Below, piece by piece: positions 8,901 through 15,775 of a stretch of DNA of 64,000 bases (position 1 is its first letter; each line of letters opens with the position of its first letter). This DNA is from an uncultured Clostridia bacterium (GTDB lineage Bacteria; Bacillota; Clostridia; Oscillospirales; CAG-382). The DNA is taken from contig CANQTR010000001.1 in assembly GCA_947626805.1 (NCBI GenBank), forward strand, positions 11,579-75,578, written 5' to 3'. A model generated the notes under the pieces. It did not search any database and was not told the DNA's origin. It saw only the letters and a list, made by a program, of their open reading frames with translations. The position numbers and the translations under genes were made by a program.

Positions 8901-11498
8901 TTATACGAAGAACTACGCCCCGCTATCAACGTGACGGCTGACCGAAAGCAACAGCTGCAGGCGCTTTCCGCGCGGTTGCTGGACGGTTTGAAAGCCGGAC
9001 AAGCCTCGTACGGTTGGATAAAAGACCAGTTCCATGCCGCAACGCATTTCGACGCCTTAAATCTTATCGCCCTTTCCGAAAAAATCGAAGGCTGCTCCGC
9101 TCACATCGACGCCCTCGGCAATTGGATTGACTATCAAGAAGCCAAAGCGACTTGCGACAAAAACGGGCTTTCCGATTTCATCGGCAAAATCGAAGCATCC
9201 GAACTTTATGCGGATATCGACAAAATCTTCTTAAAGGGCTTCTATCAGATGTGGCTCGGCGCCGTATGCGAGAAGTCTGCCTCGGTGCGCCGTTTTCGGA
9301 AAAACGCGCACGAGGAACGCGTCAAAAAGTTCATAGAGCTTGACGATTTGCAACTTTTGATTGCACAAATGCGTATTCGCGAAAAAATGATTGCGAATCT
9401 GCCTTCAACGCACCGATTGCTGAAAGCGACCGATGAAGTTGCAATTCTGAACAAGGAACTGAGCAAAAAACGCAATATCATGCCTTTGCGCAAACTTTTT
9501 CGGATGATTCCCAACCTGCTTATGCGACTGAAACCGTGCCTCATGATGTCCCCGCTCTCCGTGTCCTATTTTTTGGAAACGGAAGCATACCACTTTGATT
9601 TGGTGATTTTCGACGAGGCTTCCCAGATTTTCCCGGAGGACGCCATAGGAGCTATTTTCCGCGGGTCGCAGGTTATCATTGCCGGCGACAGCAAGCAACT
9701 GCCGCCCACCAATTTCTTTTCCGCAACAACAAACAATTCCGACGGGGATTACGATTTGGATGAGGACCAACCGCTTGTCGAAATCGTTTCCGATTCTATT
9801 TTGGAGGAATCGGCGGCGGTATTGCCGAACCGTACCCTGCTGTGGCATTACCGGAGCAAAGACGAAAGCCTTATTGCGTTTTCCAATCGGGAAATTTATA
9901 AAAACAGCCTGATTACCTTTCCAAATCACATTCATAACGCTCCGGACATGGGCGTTGAGTACATCTATGTGGAAAACGGCTATTATGAAGGCGGCGGAAG
10001 GAACTGCAACATACGGGAAGCGGAAAAATGCGTCCTGCTGGTACTGGAACACATCCGACGGCATCCCGACCGTTCCCTTGGCATCATCGCTTTCAGTGAA
10101 AAACAGCAAATCGCCATTGAGAGCGCAATCATCGATTTCAGAGAAAGGATGCCGCAATACGAATGGTTCTTTGATGAATCCAAGGAGGAGCCTTTCTTCG
10201 TCAAAAATCTTGAAAATGTTCAAGGCGACGAACGCGATACCATCCTCTTTAGTATTTGTTACGCCAAAGACCGAAACGGGAAAATGTATATGCGGTTCGG
10301 ACCGCTTGGGCATGAGGGCGGCGAGCGCCGCTTAAATGTAGCCATCACCAGGGCAAAGTGCAATATAAAATTGGTGGGTTCTATCCTCCCTTCCGAAATT
10401 GACCTCAGCAAAACGAATTCCGAAGGCGTTCGTATGCTTCGCGCTTATATCGAATTTGCACGAAACGGCACTAACGCATTCAAGCCGGTAGAAAAAGGCG
10501 AGGCTTTCGAATCGGACGACGAATTCTGCAACATGGTAGCCGCTTTCCTGGAAAGCAACGGATATACGATTCGGAAACGGGTGGGGTGTTCGGATTACAG
10601 AATTGATATCGCAATCGAAAATCCGAAGGCGAACGGAGAATTTATCGCGGGCATCGAATGTGACGGTATGTCCTATATGCACGCGAAAACCGCCCGCGAC
10701 CGAGACCACCTGAGAAGAACCGTGCTTGAGAACATGGGCTGGAATCTGTATCGTGTGTGGTCTACCGAATGGTCTCGCAATCCAAAGGCGGAGAAAGAGG
10801 CGTTGCTCCGATTTGTGCGAACCGCCCTTGAAAAAAACGACGCGGTTCCCTACGCCGTCAAGCAAAGCAATGCGGAGGAGCAGAGCATTGCAATGGAAGA
10901 TATCGCAAGCGAAACAGCAATGCCTCATCCAAAAACGCAAACGCAAAATCCGTATGGGTTTGCATATTACACCGCGGCAAAATGGTGGGAAACGCAATAC
11001 TCCGACGCGCGCGATAATTTGACGCGAATCGGCGATGTCATACTGCATATTGTCCGTACGGAGCAACCCATGCATATGGAGCTCTTATACCGACGAATGG
11101 GTCCGTCATTTACAGCCGGCAAAGCTACCGAAAGCGTCAGAAATGCCGTGGACGAAGCTATCGCAAAGAAATTGAAGGGGCGAGTGGGAATTGACGCCGA
11201 CCGGTTCATTCGGCTGCTTCCTCACGAACCGATTACGGTGCGCATTCCGAAACCCTACGACACACCGCGCCCGATGGAATTGATACATACGGAGGAAGTC
11301 GCCTTGGCAATGATTCAAATCATACGCAACGCGTTCGGTATTACGGAGGAAGATTTGGCGTCCGAATGCGCTCGCGTATTTGGGTTTGATCGAAAAGGGC
11401 CGAAAATCAAAGCCAAAACCGACGCCGCCATTCAATTTTTGGCAGATACCGGAAAAATAAAAATCATCGACGGCAAGGTGCAGTTGACAGGAGAATGA
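5958..11498 (+). CDS. DUF4011-type Upf1-like SF1 helicase fused to a Vsr/DUF559-like PD-(D/E)xK nuclease fold and a DUF3320-like tail (1846 aa)
   Basis: DUF4011-like N-terminus (LEYWEHQLLDLGKRNKMIHY). Walker A GPPGTGKSQT (6885-6914) and Walker B VIFDEASQI (9603-9629). Motifs V/VI VQGDERDTILFS and RRLNVAITRAK. Nuclease-like block YRIDIAIE...GIECDG...RDRDHLRRTVLENMGWNLYRVWSTEW (about 10590-10770). Confidence 0.92.
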   Translation: MAEDLLDRKLEYWEHQLLDLGKRNKMIHYRETKRTTLKLVEPSFGNLFTRLAINEETLTFQRAVDRETDIRVFSILSLLETLSAPLPVTIGDIKTEGSILERQRTLKNMRAKSRLALEEQGTNILYLSFGFIEWKDGKGASAQWIKSPIILVPVVLTLEAINSPYTLSKHEDDIVVNPTLEYYLKTEYGIALPHFDADKDTLDEYLKSLEDIADRRGWKILREASLGLLSFLKITMYNDLLRNEERIKENPVIRAMSGDTDAVNDIPDELHSFDLDSIKPQDCYQVLSADSSQQDAILYAKNNISFVMQGPPGTGKSQTITNIIAEALADGKKVLFVSEKMAALQVVYRRLQDAHLADFCLPLHSYKANKKEILEQIGANLKLKQTRVKDTAITNLEELLAIRQELNQYASELHALNPELNRSCYEVYGKLEEVNHAPTVTFAIDDPLGVSQATLQSDLNALNEYALSLSRLKYFIKNNPWEGLSSRISSYAYSEKMRLELGAFHEILSRLIAEIQSVSECSHLPSALPYTAIPLLADGLQKIGALPSVPNAWLYDVDISQAISVAEEAKTLYEKQFARQKEIASVFNKDIYGYDCNGWKETLRAIANALADMPLLDKDSPDDYIREAPLLAKVFSALKEKLVTVNEKFAAINDLLGTDFQANVATQQVVADLLALLQSNAIPQKNWFSADLSAIKGLVDEAKTTADELRTCKERILTEWESDVLALDYSPMLLRYKTDYTHLSRVFHSQYRRDKKQIQALSRTVRKKLPDAVALDLLNALKRYHEKLAWFEEKRVALSTALSSYYIGVDSQWDFIRDAVGVVEQLSRLLGGRIPPRTIDLLCADHRAQIETLETLLSTARTAFSAAKEILENRQLSIRIDSPDFDSNQTVATIDAYLSKLNEIAVQKDLLKPYLYNADEPMDSINSAMETLHLYTDTKDLLFARSATYQQQFGFLYSDSITDWDYILELLAKVSEIKQLSLYEELRPAINVTADRKQQLQALSARLLDGLKAGQASYGWIKDQFHAATHFDALNLIALSEKIEGCSAHIDALGNWIDYQEAKATCDKNGLSDFIGKIEASELYADIDKIFLKGFYQMWLGAVCEKSASVRRFRKNAHEERVKKFIELDDLQLLIAQMRIREKMIANLPSTHRLLKATDEVAILNKELSKKRNIMPLRKLFRMIPNLLMRLKPCLMMSPLSVSYFLETEAYHFDLVIFDEASQIFPEDAIGAIFRGSQVIIAGDSKQLPPTNFFSATTNNSDGDYDLDEDQPLVEIVSDSILEESAAVLPNRTLLWHYRSKDESLIAFSNREIYKNSLITFPNHIHNAPDMGVEYIYVENGYYEGGGRNCNIREAEKCVLLVLEHIRRHPDRSLGIIAFSEKQQIAIESAIIDFRERMPQYEWFFDESKEEPFFVKNLENVQGDERDTILFSICYAKDRNGKMYMRFGPLGHEGGERRLNVAITRAKCNIKLVGSILPSEIDLSKTNSEGVRMLRAYIEFARNGTNAFKPVEKGEAFESDDEFCNMVAAFLESNGYTIRKRVGCSDYRIDIAIENPKANGEFIAGIECDGMSYMHAKTARDRDHLRRTVLENMGWNLYRVWSTEWSRNPKAEKEALLRFVRTALEKNDAVPYAVKQSNAEEQSIAMEDIASETAMPHPKTQTQNPYGFAYYTAAKWWETQYSDARDNLTRIGDVILHIVRTEQPMHMELLYRRMGPSFTAGKATESVRNAVDEAIAKKLKGRVGIDADRFIRLLPHEPITVRIPKPYDTPRPMELIHTEEVALAMIQIIRNAFGITEEDLASECARVFGFDRKGPKIKAKTDAAIQFLADTGKIKIIDGKVQLTGE

Positions 11499-13183
11499 GG
11501 ATGAGCAATCAAACGGAAATCAACCCCGAAATCAACGCAACCGTGCGCAACGCGGAAGTCGGACAAGCGACAGTCGTCAATCCGGATATTCTAACGGCGC
11601 CGTCCAAAATTCCGGCGGGCACTATACTTGCCGGAAAATACGAAATCGCGGAACCCCTGTGCGCTTCAACCGGAGAAGCCGACCTCTACCGTTGCAAATG
11701 CGACGGCAAGGAATATGTTGCAAAGGTGTATCGGCGGCGACGCGCCGTTAAGCCCGAAGTCATAACGGTTCTGAAATCCATAGATTCGCCGTACGTCGCA
11801 AAACTATTTGACACAGGGGTCTATAACGACCGCCCCTTTGAGGTGCTCCCGTATTACAAAAACGGCAGTTTGCAAGGCAAACGGTTTTCTTTGGCGGAAT
11901 TGAAGGAAACCATAATCCCGTGTATCAACGAAGCGCTTAAGGTCTTACATCAAAACGATATTATCCATAAAGACTTAAAGCCGTCGAATATTATGCTTTT
12001 GGATGACAACAAAACTGTTGCCATCATCGATTTCGGAATCAGTTCGGTTGTAGAAGCCGGGAATACCGTATTGGTCACGAAAACAGGCATGACGCCCGAA
12101 TACTCCGCTCCGGAAACCTTCAGGAATCTGTTTTTGGAGGAATCCGACTACTACTCTTTCGGCATCACCTTGTTTGAATTGTATTGCGGATATACGCCGT
12201 ATGCAAACATGGACGCGGAACAAATCGCACGATTCACCGCCGTTCAGCGGATTCCCTTCCCCGAAAGTATGCCGCAAGAATTGCGGGATTTGATTTCCGC
12301 CGTTACCTATTTCGACATTACCAACCGCAATAAAAAGAGCAATCCCAATAGGCGCTGGACCTATGAAGAGGTATTGGGCTGGTGCAACGGCAAAAAGCAG
12401 GTCATTCCGGGCGAGGGCGTTGGACTTGCGGCGGAAAAGGCTATCCCGCCATACACCTTTTTGGGGAAGGAATACAAAGAGATTCCCGCCCTGATTGCCG
12501 CTCTTGCGGAACATTGGAATGACGGAAAGAAACAGCTTTATCGAGGCTTATTGTCCGGATTTTTCAAAAATTTCAATCCCGAAATCGCAAAATTTTGTTT
12601 GGACGCGGAAGAGGAAGCGACGCGAACGGCGGGCAAAGATGATGTCATCTTTTGGAACCTTCTCTATAGGATTTATCCGGAATTAAGCGGTTTCTATTGG
12701 ATGGGGCAGATTTACGAATCCCTCCCCGCATTGGGACGCGATATGCTCGAACGGCTTTGGAGCAACGATACATCCAACCATTCTTATTGGGACAGCATCC
12801 TGACGAACAAGTTGCTTACGCGTTATCTTGCAATCGTCAAATCCCAAAATGACGCGCTGGTGTCCGCGTCCTCGGCGCTGGAAACGGCGCATACGGTCGT
12901 CGGCAGAAGCAACCGCGATACCATGATGAACTACTATACAATGGCATATTTGCTTTCCGGGCAGAAACTCTTTGCGATTGGCAAAAAACGATTGCAGAAC
13001 GTATCGGAGCTGACCGCGCATATGAAAGGACTGCTTGCTTCTTCTTATGAGGAATTTGAGGACTTTTGCCATGAATTGATTGATTATGATGATACGCTGG
13101 ACGTCCAGTTTGAAGCGTGGTTGATAGCGCTCGGCAAAAGAACGGAATTGGACGCTTGGCGGCAGGGGTTGCAGGACACCTGA
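11495..13183 (+). CDS. Hanks-type Ser/Thr protein kinase with unassigned 260-aa C-terminal domain
   Basis: ATP-anchoring Lys in YVAKVY, catalytic loop HKDLKPSNIML (from 11966), DFG (IIDFGIS), APE (YSAPE). The ATG overlaps the helicase stop (ATGA); a second in-frame ATG is at 11501. Confidence 0.9.
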   Translation: MRMSNQTEINPEINATVRNAEVGQATVVNPDILTAPSKIPAGTILAGKYEIAEPLCASTGEADLYRCKCDGKEYVAKVYRRRRAVKPEVITVLKSIDSPYVAKLFDTGVYNDRPFEVLPYYKNGSLQGKRFSLAELKETIIPCINEALKVLHQNDIIHKDLKPSNIMLLDDNKTVAIIDFGISSVVEAGNTVLVTKTGMTPEYSAPETFRNLFLEESDYYSFGITLFELYCGYTPYANMDAEQIARFTAVQRIPFPESMPQELRDLISAVTYFDITNRNKKSNPNRRWTYEEVLGWCNGKKQVIPGEGVGLAAEKAIPPYTFLGKEYKEIPALIAALAEHWNDGKKQLYRGLLSGFFKNFNPEIAKFCLDAEEEATRTAGKDDVIFWNLLYRIYPELSGFYWMGQIYESLPALGRDMLERLWSNDTSNHSYWDSILTNKLLTRYLAIVKSQNDALVSASSALETAHTVVGRSNRDTMMNYYTMAYLLSGQKLFAIGKKRLQNVSELTAHMKGLLASSYEEFEDFCHELIDYDDTLDVQFEAWLIALGKRTELDAWRQGLQDT

Positions 13184-13198
13184 GCGGTCGTCGCATAG

Positions 13199-13217
13199 AA
13201 AAGGGGCACCCTTTTTT
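13199..13217 (+). terminator. weak hairpin plus T-run (possible attenuator or partial terminator inside the operon)
   Basis: AAAAGGG-GCA-CCCTTTTTT, 16 nt after the kinase stop. The stem is only 7 bp, so the call is weak. Confidence 0.35.
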
Positions 13218-13312
13218 GACGGCAAAGATTCGACACGAACGAATCTGCCATTACGCATATCAAAAAGGAACGGTTCTGCCGATTCCAGGATTTTCGGAGA
13301 GGAGGACGCCGA

Positions 13313-14605
13313 ATGAGCGGACCCAAAACATCAAAATATACGTTAACGCCGGAGCAACGGCGGATTTTGGCGGAGCAAAGAAAACTTGCGCACAGAAAAT
13401 CCATAGCTTCCGAAACCATCCAAAGGAATCGCAAAAGATTGCTGCAAATCGGCAGTATATTTTCTGCCGCAAAGACCGTTTCGGACGCGCTCGTGAGCCG
13501 TACCGGTTCCGATAACGGCTTTGCGGAGCGGATGCCGGAATTGGAGGGTATCCTTGCGTCCGTCGCCTCCGTCGTCGCGGGCGTAAATGCCGAGGACGTC
13601 GTTTCCCTCGAAAATGCGTCAAAAACGATTTCGGAAAGTCTCGCAAAAGCCGAAAAGATTGCTTCGGAATTGTCCCAAATTTCCGCCCGCAACGAAGTGG
13701 AACTGCAAGCCGTACTGCATGCCGATATCGATAAAGGATTCGACACTTCTTTTGCCGATATTGCCCCCGCGGCAGCGCCTACCGTAACGGAAAGACGAAA
13801 AACGCTCCTCGCGCAACTCATTCGGATGAAAAATAACAAAACCCTGCCCGCCGAATGGATAACCGAACTCGAAAAAGCAATCGGCAAAATAAACGATATC
13901 CGGGATGAAACGTTTTTGAAAAATTTTTCTTCCGTAACGGTCGCTCCGTTGCTCAAACGTTGCCAAATCTTCTTGGATGAATGCGAAGCCTGCCACGAAG
14001 AATTCGAAAAATTATATGCGGAATATATTGCCCTCTGCAATCTTTACTGCTATGTCGCGCAAGAGTATCCCTGTTGCGCCGCCTCTATCGAGGCTCTCAA
14101 AGCGGAAATCCGGCGTATAAGCGCCGTTGCGGCTGAAAATGACGAGCAAGCGTATATCAGCGAATGTTTGGACGAGGTCATGGAAGAAATGGGCTATACC
14201 GTGATTGGCAGTCGCGAAGTCACCAAAAAGAACGGAAAGCATTTTCGCAATGAACTTTATACCTATGGGGATGGGACCGCGGTCAATGTGACGTATTCTT
14301 CCGACGGGAGAATCGCAATGGAGCTTGGCGGAATCGATTCCGTCGACAGACTGCCGGAGGCGCGCGAAACAGCCGCTTTGTGCGCGTCCATGGAACAGTT
14401 TTGCGATGATTTCAAGGAAATCGAAAAGCGACTGCTCGCCAAAGGCGTCGTGCTTGCCCACCGGGTTTCTCTGCTGCCTCCGAGCGCGGAATACGCCCAA
14501 ATTATCAACACAACGGAGTATCGAATGACCGAAGAAACGGATACGTCGCAAGCGAAGAAAAAACGTAGGACCGCAAAAAATCGAAAAGCGATGGGGATAG
14601 AGTAA
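13313..14605 (+). CDS. hypothetical protein (430 aa), helical N-half, Cys-containing alpha/beta C-half
   Basis: GGAGAGGAGGA SD. No catalytic motif recognised. N-terminus MSGPKTSKYTLTPEQRR carries Thr-Pro/Ser sites. The stop lies 3 nt before the FHA gene. Confidence 0.8.
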   Translation: MSGPKTSKYTLTPEQRRILAEQRKLAHRKSIASETIQRNRKRLLQIGSIFSAAKTVSDALVSRTGSDNGFAERMPELEGILASVASVVAGVNAEDVVSLENASKTISESLAKAEKIASELSQISARNEVELQAVLHADIDKGFDTSFADIAPAAAPTVTERRKTLLAQLIRMKNNKTLPAEWITELEKAIGKINDIRDETFLKNFSSVTVAPLLKRCQIFLDECEACHEEFEKLYAEYIALCNLYCYVAQEYPCCAASIEALKAEIRRISAVAAENDEQAYISECLDEVMEEMGYTVIGSREVTKKNGKHFRNELYTYGDGTAVNVTYSSDGRIAMELGGIDSVDRLPEARETAALCASMEQFCDDFKEIEKRLLAKGVVLAHRVSLLPPSAEYAQIINTTEYRMTEETDTSQAKKKRRTAKNRKAMGIE

Positions 14606-14608
14606 CCA

Positions 14609-15223
14609 ATGGAAAAGTATAAACTTTGCCCTTCCTGCAAGAAAAAGAATCCGCCGACTTTATTTGAGTGCATAAACTGTGAAACCGACCTTACCGGCGT
14701 TAAAATTACCGATGAAGAGGCGGAAAAAATGCTTGCGGAAACCGCCGTTTCGCAAGCGGAATCGCCTAAGAACATGGTTAGGGTTTGCGAATGCGGCGCA
14801 AAGAACGCCCCCAATGCGCGAAAATGCCGTTCGTGTAACGAGGACATCTCGGACATTCCCCCGACCGTCGATACGGAAGAAGGAACCGAAACCACGACCT
14901 TTGTGTTAAGCAGTCTTGACGGTCGGTACGCTTTCAAGGTCACGACAGACGAGGTAACGCTCGGACGAGAGAGCGCAATGCGCGAATACCTCTCGGCAAA
15001 AAGCTATGTGAGCAGATTGCACGCAAGCGTTACAAAGGTGCACGACGAATGGTTTATCGAAAATTTGAGCAATACCAATTTCACCTATGTCAATAATAAA
15101 AGAATCACAGAGAAAACCAAACTGCAAGACGGAGATGAAATCGGACTCGGGGGAACATCGCTTAACGGCAAGCGCCAGGAACAGGCGGCATATTTCTTGG
15201 TGAGGATTGGAAAATGTATGTAG
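14609..15223 (+). CDS. double zinc-ribbon + FHA domain protein
   Basis: CPSCKK...CINCETD and CECGAK...CRSCNED ribbons, then the FHA core VTLGRES...SRLHASV...IENLSNTNFTYVNNKRI...DGDEIGLG. Confidence 0.85.
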   Translation: MEKYKLCPSCKKKNPPTLFECINCETDLTGVKITDEEAEKMLAETAVSQAESPKNMVRVCECGAKNAPNARKCRSCNEDISDIPPTVDTEEGTETTTFVLSSLDGRYAFKVTTDEVTLGRESAMREYLSAKSYVSRLHASVTKVHDEWFIENLSNTNFTYVNNKRITEKTKLQDGDEIGLGGTSLNGKRQEQAAYFLVRIGKCM

Positions 15224-15762
15224 CGAGAATTCTGTATCCCGTCGAGGTTCTCGGACCCGGAAAGCGTGTGGGTATTTGGTTTTGCGGTTGTCCCCGCAGG
15301 TGCAAGGGATGCAGCAATCCCGAGCTTTGGGAATTTAACGAGCGCTACAAAACGACCCCCGAAACGGTTTTTGCATTGATAAAAAGGCTTGCCGAAGAAC
15401 ACCCGATAGACGGCTTTACAATCACCGGCGGCGAACCGATGTTTCAGACGGCGGATTTACGGAAATTGCTTGGATTATTAAAAGAAATCTCGGATGATAT
15501 ACTTGTTTATACGGGATACAAGAAGAGCGACCTTGACCCTGCATTGCTTGCCGACGTGAGCGTCCTGATTGACGGAGAATATCTGGAAGAACGGAATGAC
15601 GATTCGCTGCTCAGAGGTTCTTCCAATCAGGAAGTGCATCTATTAGACGCGAAAAAGGCGGATACCTATAGGACCTACTTTGCGACGGAAACCAACAAGA
15701 TTCAAAACTTCTTCACCTCGGACGGCGTTGTTTCCGTCGGAATACACAGACCGAACTTTTGA
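15214..15762 (+). CDS. NrdG-like radical-SAM activating enzyme (182 aa), orphan
   Basis: VLGPGKRVGIWFCGCPRRCKGCSNPELW contains CxxxCxxC (C26/C30/C33, nt 15289-15312). Also TGGEPMFQ, ILVYTGY and a VLIDGEY...LLRGSSNQ tail, as in class III RNR activases. Overlaps the FHA gene by 10 nt. Confidence 0.85.
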   Translation: MYVARILYPVEVLGPGKRVGIWFCGCPRRCKGCSNPELWEFNERYKTTPETVFALIKRLAEEHPIDGFTITGGEPMFQTADLRKLLGLLKEISDDILVYTGYKKSDLDPALLADVSVLIDGEYLEERNDDSLLRGSSNQEVHLLDAKKADTYRTYFATETNKIQNFFTSDGVVSVGIHRPNF

Positions 15763-15775
15763 GAGGAGAAAGGAA

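Noticed and set aside
15214-15762. Housekeeping class III ribonucleotide reductase activase (nrdG).
   Set aside because: No nrdD is present in the window, the gene is translationally coupled to FHA and AAA+ genes, and it shares the island's atypical composition. The housekeeping reading is not fully excluded, because the rest of the genome is unseen.
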